From positions 2,112,001-2,176,000 of the forward strand of contig OY760907.1 of the NCBI GenBank assembly GCA_963664195.1: a stretch of 64,000 nt of DNA, written 5' to 3'. Source of the stretch: an uncultured candidate division Zixibacteria bacterium. GTDB lineage: Bacteria; Zixibacteria; MSB-5A5; GN15; FEB-12. Under the pieces are notes generated by a model, which saw nothing but the letters and a program-made list of their open reading frames with translations, did not search any database and was not told where the DNA came from. Below, piece after piece: positions 48,651 through 58,923 of the stretch; within the stretch, counting starts at the first letter, position 1; every line of letters begins with the position of its first letter. A program made the translations under genes and the position numbers.

Positions 48651-50017
48651 AGAAACTCTTACTGGCTTGTATGATAGGCATTCTTCTCGTTGGAGCGGTC
48701 GAAGCAAAAATTACGCTTCCGAAAGCCAAAGAGACGAAGCTGGACAACGGCATTACCGTGCAGGTCGTTGAACGTCCGAAGCTGCCGCTGTTTTCTGTCC
48801 AGATGATTTTCCGGGCAGGCTCAATCTGTGATCCGGCCGGCAAGGAAGGACTTGCCAGTCTGACTAGCGCCATGCTTAAGCGCGGGACCGCAACGCGCAG
48901 CGCCAAGGAGATTGTTGAAGAGGTTGCTTTCGGTGGTGGTACGCTCGGAAGCTACTGCGGTCGCGAGAGCGCCGGATTCACCGGGGAATTTCTCAGTGCG
49001 GATGCCGAAAAAGCGATGTCTATGCTGGCTGATCTGTTGATGAACTCGACCTTTACGCAGGAAGAAATCGACAAGATCAAGACGCGCACGCTGGCCGGAC
49101 TCGAAAGCGAGCGCGATGATCCCTCGGCGGTCGCCAATCTGTCCCTGTTCGAGAACATTCTCGGAGGAAGTGCTTACGCGCACCAACCGAGCGGCACTGT
49201 TGAGTCCGTACAGAATTTGATGAGGGAAGACATCCTCGATTTTATGAACAAGTACTACACGCCCGACAACTGCATCTTGATCATCTGCGGTGATATCAGT
49301 GCCAATGATGCCGCGACTTGGGCCAAAACCTACTTCAAGGATTGGCACGGAAGAGCGGACGCGGTTCCTTTGCCGGATGCTTTTGCGACTGTCAATGGCA
49401 AGGACGTGTTGCTGCTGGACAAAGTCGACGCCTCCCAGACACAGATCCGAATCGGCATCGAAGGCCTCCCGATAGGTCACCCTGATTTCTTCGCGCTTGA
49501 AGTTGCACGGACGATTTACGCGGGCACGTTTACGTCACGATTGATGGATGAGATTCGTGTCAATAGGGGCTTGTCATACGGTGTGAGTTGCGTTTGCAGT
49601 CGTTATCGTCCGGGAGGACTGGTGTACGTAACGACTTTCACCAAGAACGAATCGGTCGGCGAAGTGGTCGATATCATTCTGAGCGAGGCCGACCGTATGC
49701 AGACTGAGCCGTTGACCGACGATGAATTGGCCGGTACGATCAACTACAAGACCGGGCTGTACCCGCTTGGTTTCGAGACCAACGATGATATTGCCGACGT
49801 CTATGCGGCGATGTGGTTGAACGGAACAGACAGGTCGTACTACGAGGATTATCAGGAGACGATCCGGAAGATCACCAAGGACGACGTTTTGGCTGCCGCA
49901 AAGAAGTATTTCCCGAAAGACCGCTACCGTCTGGTGCTGGTGGGTAAAGCCGACGAAGTTCAGGCTCAGGCCGAGAAGTTTGGTCCTGTGACAGTCAGAT
50001 CGGTGACTGAATTATAG
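48647..50017 (+). CDS. M16B peptidase non-catalytic partner subunit
   Basis: M16 fold without HxxEH (ASLTSAML) but with the R/Y pair in SRLMDEIRVNRGLSY; GTGA overlap with the previous gene. Confidence 0.87.
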   Translation: MKKLLLACMIGILLVGAVEAKITLPKAKETKLDNGITVQVVERPKLPLFSVQMIFRAGSICDPAGKEGLASLTSAMLKRGTATRSAKEIVEEVAFGGGTLGSYCGRESAGFTGEFLSADAEKAMSMLADLLMNSTFTQEEIDKIKTRTLAGLESERDDPSAVANLSLFENILGGSAYAHQPSGTVESVQNLMREDILDFMNKYYTPDNCILIICGDISANDAATWAKTYFKDWHGRADAVPLPDAFATVNGKDVLLLDKVDASQTQIRIGIEGLPIGHPDFFALEVARTIYAGTFTSRLMDEIRVNRGLSYGVSCVCSRYRPGGLVYVTTFTKNESVGEVVDIILSEADRMQTEPLTDDELAGTINYKTGLYPLGFETNDDIADVYAAMWLNGTDRSYYEDYQETIRKITKDDVLAAAKKYFPKDRYRLVLVGKADEVQAQAEKFGPVTVRSVTEL

Positions 50018-50058
50018 TCGAAAGCCACTGAATGCCCGCCCCGGGCGGGAAAACTCTC

Positions 50059-50093
50059 AAACCTGCCTCGATACACCTCGGGGCAGGTTTTTT
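50059..50093 (+). terminator. Intrinsic terminator
   Basis: AAACCTGCCTCGA...TCGGGGCAGGTTTTTT. Confidence 0.8.
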
Positions 50094-50176
50094 CTTGCCG
50101 CAGAACCGCGGATTCTCCCTGCTTGCCTATCCTGCTGACTACCGTATATTCCGGGCAAATAAGCACCCCTCGCAGT

Positions 50177-50203
50177 TAAGAAAGTGTGGGGCAAAACCGA
50201 TAA
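50177..50203 (+). promoter_or_regulatory. Possible sigma28-type promoter for lepB-hemW
   Basis: TAAG-N15-ACCGATAA, 10 nt upstream of ATG 50214. Confidence 0.45.
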
Positions 50204-50213
50204 CTATTTATGT

Positions 50214-50939
50214 ATGGATCAAGACTTCTTAATACAAGAGCACAAGCAGGCTGAGACTCAAAAAGAGGCTCGCAAGGTCCTGCAGCGGAAAGAGCGCAAG
50301 CCGCTCTGGCGTGAGTATGTCGAAACGGCCGTGATCGCCCTCGTGGCAGCGGTGCTGCTTCGCGTATTCGTGGTGTCAGCCTATCGGGTGAATTCCTCCT
50401 CAATGGAAGATACGCTCTTCAACGGCGATTACATTTTCGTCAATAAGCTGGCATATGAATACGGTACTGACCCGAAGATCGGGGATATCATTGTTTTCAA
50501 GTATCCCAACAACCCCGAAAAGGACTTCATCAAGCGGGTTGTGGCCGGACCGGGTCAGACGGTGCAGGTGGCAGACAAGGTGCTCTACGTGGATGGCGAC
50601 GTTGCCGAAATTCCGACTCTGTCGAAACACATCGACAAGCGGATTATCCCCGGAGATTTGTCTTTCCGGGACAATTTTGCGACGTACACCGTGCCGGAAG
50701 GACAGTATTTCGTGGTTGGGGACAACCGCGATGACAGCCGCGACAGCCGTTTTTGGGGGGGCGTACCCCGCGAGAACATCAAAGGCAAGGCGGTATTTGT
50801 GTACTGGTCCTGGGAGCCGGACGCCGATCCGCCGGGATGGGAGTTTCCATACGTGATCAATGCGGTGCAGTGGCTGGGCCACGGGTTGATAAATTTCCCG
50901 ACCCATGTTCGCTGGAGCCGGATTGCCACCCCTATCTAA
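50214..50939 (+). CDS. lepB: Signal peptidase I
   Basis: SSSMEDTL, FIKRVVA, GDNRDDSRDSRFWG. Confidence 0.93.
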   Translation: MDQDFLIQEHKQAETQKEARKVLQRKERKPLWREYVETAVIALVAAVLLRVFVVSAYRVNSSSMEDTLFNGDYIFVNKLAYEYGTDPKIGDIIVFKYPNNPEKDFIKRVVAGPGQTVQVADKVLYVDGDVAEIPTLSKHIDKRIIPGDLSFRDNFATYTVPEGQYFVVGDNRDDSRDSRFWGGVPRENIKGKAVFVYWSWEPDADPPGWEFPYVINAVQWLGHGLINFPTHVRWSRIATPI

Positions 50940-50944
50940 GATCA

Positions 50945-52141
50945 ATGTCATTCGGCTTATATCTTCATTTTCCCTTCTGTCGTAACAAGTGCGCCTACTG
51001 CGATTTCTATAAGGAAGTCTATGACGTCGATCTCGAAGTGCGCTTCTACGAAGCCCTTGAAGTCGAGACCCGTCTCGCCGCAGAGGCGCTCGAAACCGAT
51101 GATCGCGATATCTCGACGCTTTACGTGGGGGGCGGGACGCCCTCGCTGGCCAATCTCCGTTTGTTCGGCGACTGGTTGGAGCAATTGCAGTGGGTATTTT
51201 CGATCCCGAGTCGGATTGAATTCTCGTTTGAGTGTAATCCGGAGTCGGTCGACAGGGAGATGCTGGAAGAACTCCGTCGATTGGGAGTGAACCGCCCCAT
51301 ATTCGGCATGCAGTCATTCAATCAGAAGCTGCTGAAAACGCTGGGGCGAAAGCACCGGGTGCGGGATTCACATCGTGCGGTGTACCTCGCGAATGCATTG
51401 GGATTCGACAATTTCGGCACCGATCTGATATTCGGGCTGCCGAGGCAAACCGGGAAGCTACTATCGGCTGATCTTGACCATCTGATCGCTCTGGACCCGC
51501 CGCACATTTCATTCTATCAGCTCACGGTCGAGCCGGGAACGGTGTTGGCGGAGAAGGTCGAGTCGGGCAAACTGAAGATACCGGATGATGAATTATCGTA
51601 TGCCATGTACCGTGGTGGGGTCGAGTATCTGGCCGAATGCGGCTACGAACGATACGAGGTGTCTTCGTTTGCCAAGCCCGGGTTTGAGTGTCGTCACAAT
51701 CAAGGGTACTGGGAGGGGAAAGACTATCTTGGTCTTGGCCCCTCGGCACATTCGTTCATGGGCGGAAGACGATTTGCGAACTCGCCTGATTTCAGAGAGT
51801 ACGTGACTTCGCTGGACAAGGGGGAGAGGCCGGTTGTGGTCGACGAGTCGGGAGTCAAAGAGCGCATAGTCGAGACGATTATGCTGGGACTGCGAACGTC
51901 GAGAGGGATCGACCGTCGGGCGTTCAAGCGGAAGTTCGGGCACAGAATCGACAAGTATATCAAGCGGGACAATCTCGACATATTGCTGACGTCGGGGCAC
52001 CTGATGTCTGACGACAACGGACTTCGCCTGACCGACGAGGGGTTTTTCCTCGCCGATGAAATCATTCAGCGTCTGGTGAAGTGCCCCGTTAAATCTGGAA
52101 ACGATCCACCATTTGTTGCAGACTGCTGGCCTGACGGCTAA
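50945..52141 (+). CDS. hemW: Radical SAM heme chaperone HemW
   Basis: [43 protein letters not shown]. Confidence 0.9.
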   Translation: MSFGLYLHFPFCRNKCAYCDFYKEVYDVDLEVRFYEALEVETRLAAEALETDDRDISTLYVGGGTPSLANLRLFGDWLEQLQWVFSIPSRIEFSFECNPESVDREMLEELRRLGVNRPIFGMQSFNQKLLKTLGRKHRVRDSHRAVYLANALGFDNFGTDLIFGLPRQTGKLLSADLDHLIALDPPHISFYQLTVEPGTVLAEKVESGKLKIPDDELSYAMYRGGVEYLAECGYERYEVSSFAKPGFECRHNQGYWEGKDYLGLGPSAHSFMGGRRFANSPDFREYVTSLDKGERPVVVDESGVKERIVETIMLGLRTSRGIDRRAFKRKFGHRIDKYIKRDNLDILLTSGHLMSDDNGLRLTDEGFFLADEIIQRLVKCPVKSGNDPPFVADCWPDG

Positions 52142-53798
52142 GCTGTTCGGCGGCTGAGGCTGTCTGCTCTGAGCTGACACTGGTCTCGCGGCTCACCGCG
52201 GTCGCCTGTTCGATGCTTCGGGCGATTTCCTCGATGGCGGTTGTCTGCTCTGTCGAGGCACTTGCTATTTGCTGAATCATGTCCATGACGCGAGCAGACA
52301 GATCGACAATTTCCGAAAGGCTGTGGCCGGCTTTGTCAGACAGCTCTCGCCCGTGGTCAACCTCCGTCATGCCGTTTTCCATGGCACTTACGGCGGCATC
52401 GGTCTCCGATTGAATGCCCTTGACGATATCAATGATGCCGCCGGTGGCTTTGGCGGTGCGATCTGCCAGTTTGCGGACTTCATCAGCTACGACCGCAAAC
52501 CCGCGGCCAGCCTCGCCAGCCCGCGCGGCTTCAATTGCCGCGTTGAGGGCCAACAAGTTAGTCTGATCGGCTATATCATCGATGACCTCAACTACTTCGC
52601 CGATTCTTCCCACCGAATCGGCCAGCCTGCCGGCCGACTCTGCCGAGCCGCGGACAACCTCTGCTATTCGCGACATGCCCTCGATAGACTCGCTGACGAC
52701 CTGTCCGCCCTGCGCGGCCGTCTCGGACGATTGCCTGGATGCATTTGACGCTTCCCCGGAGTTTTCAGCCGACTGGGCGATGTTACTGGTCATTTCCTCT
52801 ATGGCCGTAGACACTGTGCGCATCTGGTCTTCCTGATTACGTGCCCCACGGCTCATGGTCTCCGAGGAAGCAGATATCTGGGTTGAGGCTGATACCAATT
52901 CACGCGCGTTGTCATCAAGCTGACGAATCATTCCGGTAAGGTTGGCGGTCATGGTGGCAAAAGACTGACCGAGAACGTCTTTGTCGCTTCGGGGCGCCAC
53001 GGAAATCCTCAGGTCGCCCTCAGCAATCTTTTTCGAGGCTCCGGCGAAATCACGCAGGTAGTCCATAAAGCGCTGCACCGACTGCAGCAGTCGGCCTATC
53101 TCGTTTTTTGCACTCAGATCCAGCTTCTGCCCCACGTCTCCGTCGGCGGCTCGATCCAGAACCTTCTGGACGCCGTGGAGAGGCCTGAAGATAGAGCGGG
53201 AGAGGATTATCCAGATCCCGGCGATGAGCAGCAAACTGCCAAATGTAACAAGCAGGATTGTGCTCGAGGCGTTGGAACTCATCTCGTCCACAATCGCCTG
53301 GCGCGACTTCATGACCTTCATTCCGCCAAGGATGATTTCCTCGTCCGCATCGTGACAATCGGTGCAGCCGTCCTCGTTGTGGAAGACCCGGTAGCAGACT
53401 GCCATTTCTTCACCGTCGGTCGAGCAGTCAAAGGAAGTGTCCCTCCCCGATGCAAAAACTACGTCCCACATAGGGTCCTTCGATTCGGTGCCGATCAGAT
53501 CAGTCTTCGAAGATCTGGCAACGAGTTTTTCTCCGTCGATGATGGAAACCTCGTGGGCGATGCCCATCTGAGTCATTTCTTCAACAAGTGGCTGGATCTC
53601 CTCGTTTACTCCGTTGAGCATAATGAATTCAATGTTTTTGGAAACCGCCCAGCGAAGATTGCCGGTGCTGCTGTCGAAGAGTTCTGCGATAGAGTCTTCG
53701 GTCTGGAGGGTATTCCAGTACAGTGTACTGCCCATGACGATGAGCAGTGCTAAACCCAGAAACCCAACGGTTCGGACCTTGATTGATAAGTGTTTCAC
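52089..53798 (-). CDS. Methyl-accepting chemotaxis protein with periplasmic CXXCH heme-c sensor
   Basis: Two TM helices flanking CTDCH; HAMP x2; [37 protein letters not shown]. Confidence 0.93.
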   Translation of the reverse strand: MKHLSIKVRTVGFLGLALLIVMGSTLYWNTLQTEDSIAELFDSSTGNLRWAVSKNIEFIMLNGVNEEIQPLVEEMTQMGIAHEVSIIDGEKLVARSSKTDLIGTESKDPMWDVVFASGRDTSFDCSTDGEEMAVCYRVFHNEDGCTDCHDADEEIILGGMKVMKSRQAIVDEMSSNASSTILLVTFGSLLLIAGIWIILSRSIFRPLHGVQKVLDRAADGDVGQKLDLSAKNEIGRLLQSVQRFMDYLRDFAGASKKIAEGDLRISVAPRSDKDVLGQSFATMTANLTGMIRQLDDNARELVSASTQISASSETMSRGARNQEDQMRTVSTAIEEMTSNIAQSAENSGEASNASRQSSETAAQGGQVVSESIEGMSRIAEVVRGSAESAGRLADSVGRIGEVVEVIDDIADQTNLLALNAAIEAARAGEAGRGFAVVADEVRKLADRTAKATGGIIDIVKGIQSETDAAVSAMENGMTEVDHGRELSDKAGHSLSEIVDLSARVMDMIQQIASASTEQTTAIEEIARSIEQATAVSRETSVSSEQTASAAEQLSRQASSLQQMVDRFQI

Positions 53799-53847
53799 GT
53801 AAAAGATAGCCCCATGTAAATGTGCATGTCCCTAGCCCTAATAATGC

Positions 53848-53874
53848 TATTCGGCAGTAGTGTGGAATGGTTTA
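53848..53874 (-). promoter_or_regulatory. sigma28 (FliA)-type promoter for the MCP
   Basis: TAAA-N15-GCCGAATA. Confidence 0.65.
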
Positions 53875-53962
53875 GTCGTGTATCGGACAGCTTTTTGCCG
53901 GAGCTGTCAGATCCCCAATTATGTGATTGCCCGGACGGACTAAGTCCCTATATTCCATAGCT

Positions 53963-55342
53963 ATGGACTTCTTTGAGCAGTCGGACCCGCTAAAGCCGAA
54001 GGTCGATGACGCTGCAATTACGCCACTGGCTGACAAAATGCGCCCTCGTTCGTTCGATGAGTTTGTCGGACAGCCGAAGGTTGTAGGCAAAAACACGCCT
54101 CTTCGCAAGGCCATTGAGGCCGACCGAGTTACCTCGATTATTCTCTGGGGCCCTCCGGGTACCGGAAAGACAACCCTTGCGCAGTTGATCGCCTACAGCA
54201 CCAGCGGCCAGTTTGTACCGTTTTCAGCTGTGACATCAGGTATCAAAGAGATCAAACTGCTGATATCCAAGGCGCGCGATTACTACCGGATGTCCGGGCG
54301 ACGGACGTATGTGTTTGTCGATGAAATCCATCGGTTCAACAAAGCCCAGCAGGATGCTTTTCTGCCGTGGGTGGAGCGTGGTGATATCGTCTTGATCGGC
54401 GCCACGACCGAGAACCCTTCGTTTGAGGTTAATTCGGCACTGCTCTCAAGAATGCGGGTCTATGTGCTTGAACGGCTTGCGCCTTCCGATGTGCTCGCGG
54501 TGCTCAAGCGCGCGCTTGGCGACGAAGAACGCGGCATTGCCGGGATGCACCATCAGTTCGAGGAAGACACACTGGAATTCATAGCGGCTGCGGCGGATGG
54601 TGACGCACGGCGGGGGCTGTCATTGCTTGAGTCAATCGCGGCGTATGTTGATGTGGGCACGCCGATTACGGTTGAGTTGGCGTGCGACGTTCACCAGAAA
54701 GGCGTGCTGCACTACGACAAGGCGGGCGAGGAGCATTACAACCTCATCTCGGCGTTGCACAAAACAATTCGCGGAGGCGACCCGGATGCGGCATTGTACT
54801 GGCTGGCCCGGATGCTCGATTCGGGCGAGGAGCCTCTGTATATTGTCAGGCGTCTGGTGCGGTTCGCTTCTGAAGATATAGGTTTGGCCGACCCGTTTGC
54901 GCTGACGATGGCGATCAGCGCGCGCGATGCGTTCCATTTCCTCGGTTCGCCGGAGGGTGAACTGGCTATCGCTCAGCTTGTGCTTTATCTCGCCTGTGCA
55001 CCGAAATCAAATGCCGCTTACATCGCCTTTGACAAGGCCAAAGCGGATGCCTCGCGTCTCGGCTCTCTGCCGGTGCCGTTGTGGTTGCGCAACGCCCCGA
55101 CTGACTTGATGAAAGACCTCGATTACGGTAAAGGCTACCAGTATGCGCACGATCATGAAGATGCCCTTACCGACCAACAGCATATGCCGGACGAACTGGT
55201 GAACCGTCAGTATTACGAGCCGAAAAACGCGGGGCGTGAAGCACGACACCTGGAATACCTCGCGAAGTTTCGGGAGTATCGACGGAAGGATTTGTCAGGA
55301 AGTGTTGAGTCATCCCGGGAGACGCCCGACAAGACAGACTAG
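53963..55342 (+). CDS. rarA: Replication-associated recombination protein A (MgsA/RarA)
   Basis: [45 protein letters not shown]. Confidence 0.95.
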   Translation: MDFFEQSDPLKPKVDDAAITPLADKMRPRSFDEFVGQPKVVGKNTPLRKAIEADRVTSIILWGPPGTGKTTLAQLIAYSTSGQFVPFSAVTSGIKEIKLLISKARDYYRMSGRRTYVFVDEIHRFNKAQQDAFLPWVERGDIVLIGATTENPSFEVNSALLSRMRVYVLERLAPSDVLAVLKRALGDEERGIAGMHHQFEEDTLEFIAAAADGDARRGLSLLESIAAYVDVGTPITVELACDVHQKGVLHYDKAGEEHYNLISALHKTIRGGDPDAALYWLARMLDSGEEPLYIVRRLVRFASEDIGLADPFALTMAISARDAFHFLGSPEGELAIAQLVLYLACAPKSNAAYIAFDKAKADASRLGSLPVPLWLRNAPTDLMKDLDYGKGYQYAHDHEDALTDQQHMPDELVNRQYYEPKNAGREARHLEYLAKFREYRRKDLSGSVESSRETPDKTD

Positions 55343-55400
55343 TGGCGACTGTGAGATAGTATCGAACCTGTGTTCCTGTTGTCGGTTTAAGAAAGTACTT

Positions 55401-56660
55401 ATGACCAGATTTCTGATAATTGCGATTTTTGTTCTGTTGCCGATGCAGCTTTTTGCGGCGGGTCTGCTCATCCCCATGGATGAATCCCAGACCGATCACC
55501 TCAAAGCGTACGGTCTTGTTTATAAGGCGCTTGAGCAGGGCAAGCAGGCTGAATGGTTGCTGAACTACCGGGCAGGTTCATTCCTGATCGAGCAGTCTCC
55601 GGAGATGGTGAATCTTGCGCTGGTCATGGGGGTCACCTGCGAGCAGGTGTCATCGGGGCAAATTGCAGACATCTACCGGATTATTGAAGTTGAGAACATG
55701 GAGAGGGTGGAGCTTGAAAAAGCGCCCCACATTGCTGTGTACTCCCCCCCTTCCGCGCAGCCCTGGGACGACGCCGTGACGCTGGTTCTGAGCTATGCCG
55801 AGATTCCTTACGAGGTTGTCTGGGACGAGGAGGTCCTCACCGGTGATCTGGAAGAATTTGACTGGCTGCATTGCCACCACGAAGATTTCACCGGGCAGTA
55901 CGGCAAGTTCTACGCTGCGTTCAGGCATGAGCTTTGGTATCAGGCTGATGTCCGCACCAACGAGGAAATGGCGCAGAAACTCGGGTACGCCAAAGTCTCG
56001 GAGATGAAGCGGGACGTGGCGATGACGATCTACGATTATGTCCGAAGGGGCGGTTTTTTCTTCACCATGTGTTCGGCACCTGAGACGATAGATATTGCGC
56101 TGGCCGCGCAGAATGTTGACATCGTGCCGCGTGAGTTCGACGGTGACCCGGTTGATCCGGGAGCGTTGAGCAAGCTTGACTATACGAAGACTTTTGCTTT
56201 TGAGAATTTCGAGCCGTCGCTTGATCCGTTCCTCTACCGACGTTCAAACATTGACACCTATCCCGACCGTCTGGCTCGTTTTGCCGGTCAGGAGCAGGAC
56301 TACTTCTATTTGTTTGAGTTTTCCGCCAAGCTTGATCCCATACCGACTATGCTCGTGCAGGATCACACCAGCACGGTCAACGGATTCATGGGGCAGGTTA
56401 CGGGATTCCGCAAGTCAATGCTCAAGAAACACGTCACGGTACTCGGTCAGCCGGACAACTACGATGAAGTCCGGTATATCCACGGCAATCTCGGTCGAGG
56501 GACATTCACGTTTCTTGCCGGACACGATCCTGAAGATTATCGCCACATGGTTCACGACCCGCCGACAGACCTGAGCCTCCACAAGCACTCGCCCGGATAC
56601 CGTTTGCTTCTGAACAACGTGCTTTTCCCGGCCGCCAAGAAAAAAGAACGCAAGACCTGA
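55401..56660 (+). CDS. Conserved secreted protein of unknown function (FCB-group family, often mislabelled asparagine synthetase B)
   Basis: Signal peptide; HLKAYG, WLLNYRAGSF, QPWDDAVTL, HHEDFTGQYGKF, MCSA, GHDPEDY, FPAAKKKERKT. Confidence 0.75.
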   Translation: MTRFLIIAIFVLLPMQLFAAGLLIPMDESQTDHLKAYGLVYKALEQGKQAEWLLNYRAGSFLIEQSPEMVNLALVMGVTCEQVSSGQIADIYRIIEVENMERVELEKAPHIAVYSPPSAQPWDDAVTLVLSYAEIPYEVVWDEEVLTGDLEEFDWLHCHHEDFTGQYGKFYAAFRHELWYQADVRTNEEMAQKLGYAKVSEMKRDVAMTIYDYVRRGGFFFTMCSAPETIDIALAAQNVDIVPREFDGDPVDPGALSKLDYTKTFAFENFEPSLDPFLYRRSNIDTYPDRLARFAGQEQDYFYLFEFSAKLDPIPTMLVQDHTSTVNGFMGQVTGFRKSMLKKHVTVLGQPDNYDEVRYIHGNLGRGTFTFLAGHDPEDYRHMVHDPPTDLSLHKHSPGYRLLLNNVLFPAAKKKERKT

Positions 56661-56661
56661 G

Positions 56662-56698
56662 TCTGGAGGTCAGTCGGCCCTGCTGATCTTCAGAGACC
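56662..56698. repeat. REP-like palindrome, copy 3
   Basis: 12-bp stem TCTGGAGGTCAG/CTGATCTTCAGA plus GACC, between convergent genes. Confidence 0.6.
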
Positions 56699-57261
56699 TA
56701 CATCATCGTATGCTCGACCAGAATCTTCGCCCCGATGAAGATCAACACCGCTGCGCCGACAAACCCCATTTTCTTGCCGAACTTGATTCCAAGCCGTCGA
56801 CCGAATACCATTCCCACGATAGTCATCCCCGAGGCTACTACACCTATGATCACGCTCGCCCAGAGTATGTCGACATTGAGCAGCGCCATGCTGAGCCCGA
56901 CTGCGAGAGCGTCGATACTGGTTGCAATCGACAGCAGGATGAGCGTCCACTTGCGCGTGGGGTCTTTTAGAGGTGCACTATCATCGTCTTTCGACAATGA
57001 CTCGCGGATCATGTTGATGCCAATGAACAGCAACAGCCCAAATGCAATCCAATGGTCGTAGTCTCTAATCAGGTGCTCGATCCGTGAGCCGCCATACCAA
57101 CCGATAATCGGCATCAGGAACTGAAACAGACCGAAATGGAATGAGAGCCGGAAAGTCGGACGAAAGGTTAGCCGTTCAAGACGCGATCCGGTGGCTATTG
57201 CCACTGCGAAAGCGTCCATTCCAAGTCCCACGGCGATTCCAAGAAGGGTGAGAAGGCCCAT
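56698..57261 (-). CDS. mntP: Manganese efflux pump MntP family
   Basis: GMDAFAVA, FGLFQFLMP, DHWIAF, ATSIDALAVG. Confidence 0.9.
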   Translation of the reverse strand: MGLLTLLGIAVGLGMDAFAVAIATGSRLERLTFRPTFRLSFHFGLFQFLMPIIGWYGGSRIEHLIRDYDHWIAFGLLLFIGINMIRESLSKDDDSAPLKDPTRKWTLILLSIATSIDALAVGLSMALLNVDILWASVIIGVVASGMTIVGMVFGRRLGIKFGKKMGFVGAAVLIFIGAKILVEHTMM

Positions 57262-57360
57262 ATCTTGAATATACGATTGTTTTCGAAGACTGCAATCGGC
57301 AGGTTCATCGCACACCTGATTCTTTTTGACTTCACAGGTACACACGCGTACCATAGCCTC

Positions 57361-57789
57361 ATGAACGCCCTGCCGGACAAGACAATTCTTGCAATAGACT
57401 ACGGCCGTCGACGGATCGGTCTGGCCAAGACCGACCCGATGGGCATTATCGCCTCCGCGCTGGAAACTCTGGAGGTGAAGTCCGTGGATGACGGCATCGA
57501 CAAACTGAAGGCCGTTCTGGAAGAGTACGAACCGTCAACTGTGGTAGTCGGATATCCTCTTCACTCGTCGGGTGACAAGAGCGAGATGTGTGAGGAAGTC
57601 GATTCCTTTCTCGAAAAGCTGAAACCGTTTTACGACGGTCCGGTACACAAGATAGACGAGCACGGTTCTTCGATGGAAGCCAAAGGCCTGATACACGCTC
57701 ACGGGAAAAAGGTGGGCAAAAAGAAAAAGCGTGTGGACCGTCTGGCGGCGGTAGTGATCCTCCAGAGGTATCTGGATGAAATCGGGTGA
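57361..57789 (+). CDS. ruvX: Holliday junction resolvase-like / pre-16S rRNA nuclease RuvX (YqgF)
   Basis: LAIDYGRRRIGLA, VVGYP, IDE, VDRLAAVVILQ. Confidence 0.92.
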   Translation: MNALPDKTILAIDYGRRRIGLAKTDPMGIIASALETLEVKSVDDGIDKLKAVLEEYEPSTVVVGYPLHSSGDKSEMCEEVDSFLEKLKPFYDGPVHKIDEHGSSMEAKGLIHAHGKKVGKKKKRVDRLAAVVILQRYLDEIG

Positions 57790-57928
57790 TGGCAGGATGC
57801 GGCCCGGTTTATGGGAACACGTCTGGTACGCGGCTGCCACATTGCCGCTGTTACTGGTGGGGCTTGTCTTCAAAGTGGTCGATATAGTATGCGGAGTGTT
57901 TAGACGAGGAGAAAGTAGCACGGATTGA
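57776..57928 (+). CDS. Putative 50-aa single-TM small protein
   Basis: MKSGDGRMRPGLWEHVWYAAATLPLLLVGLVFKVVDIVCGVFRRGESSTD. It fills the ruvX-mltG gap and has a TGATG overlap with mltG. Confidence 0.45.
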   Translation: MKSGDGRMRPGLWEHVWYAAATLPLLLVGLVFKVVDIVCGVFRRGESSTD

Positions 57929-58917
57929 TGAAGAATATTCTGATCATACTGGCCCTGGTGATATTCGTATTTCTCGGATTCTTTGGCGTCTCATATATCA
58001 AGTCGGTCAATCTTGGTGACCGCACGGTTTCCGTTATCATCGAACCGGGTGAGGGATTCAGCAGCGTTGCTGATCAGCTTATTGAATCCGGCGTAGTCAA
58101 CTCTCGTGTGATGTTGAAATACCCGGCTCGCTGGCGCGGTGTGGATCGTAAACTGGTACCGGGCCGTTACGATTTTACCGGCACGAATTCGTGTCGCTCC
58201 GTGCTCGATAAGCTCGAGAACGGTGATTTTCTCGTCATCAAAGTCACTATCTACGAGGGGGCGCCGATCTGGAAAGTCGCTTCGACTTTGGCTGCCCGTA
58301 TGGAGATTGACTCAGCGGAAGTCATCGCGCGCAACACCGACTCTGCATATTTGGCTCAGTTCGATCTGCCGTGTCTCGAAGGATATCTTTATCCCGAGAC
58401 TTACTTCTGGCCCTGGGGGACCGATCTGGACATCATCCTCAAAGACATGATAAAGATGCATCAGAAGCAGACGGCGGACATTTGGTCTGAGCATGTTGTG
58501 AACGGCCTGTCCAAGGAAGAGATCGTCGTCATGGCCTCGATTATTGAAGCCGAGGCGCTGCTCGACGACGAGAAGCCTCGGATATCCTCGGTGTATCAGA
58601 ATCGGATTCGCAAAGGGATGAAACTGGATGCTGACCCGACGGTGATTTACGGTTTGGGCGGATTGGACCGTCCGTTGAACAGACAGGACCTGCGCAAGAT
58701 GACGCCGTACAATACATATCGAAAGAAAGGACTGCCGCCGACGGCAATCAACTCGCCCGGCCTTGCGGCAATCAAGGCGGCGCTGAATCCTGAGGCTACT
58801 GAATATCTGTATTTTGTTGCAGACGGTACCGGTCGTCACCGGTTTTCGAAATCGAATGCCGAGCACAATCGTGCCCGCCGGGCTATCAAACAGGAGATGA
58901 AAGCGCGCGGTCAGTGA
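57928..58917 (+). CDS. mltG: Endolytic transglycosylase MltG
   Basis: N-terminal TM, TIYEG, LEGYLYPETY, ASIIEAE, DADPT, PYNTY...GLPP, YLYFVA. Confidence 0.93.
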   Translation: MKNILIILALVIFVFLGFFGVSYIKSVNLGDRTVSVIIEPGEGFSSVADQLIESGVVNSRVMLKYPARWRGVDRKLVPGRYDFTGTNSCRSVLDKLENGDFLVIKVTIYEGAPIWKVASTLAARMEIDSAEVIARNTDSAYLAQFDLPCLEGYLYPETYFWPWGTDLDIILKDMIKMHQKQTADIWSEHVVNGLSKEEIVVMASIIEAEALLDDEKPRISSVYQNRIRKGMKLDADPTVIYGLGGLDRPLNRQDLRKMTPYNTYRKKGLPPTAINSPGLAAIKAALNPEATEYLYFVADGTGRHRFSKSNAEHNRARRAIKQEMKARGQ

Positions 58918-58923
58918 AAGAGC

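Noticed and set aside
57262..57360. yybP-ykoY manganese riboswitch upstream of mntP
   Set aside because: The 99-nt divergent gap lacks the consensus motifs.
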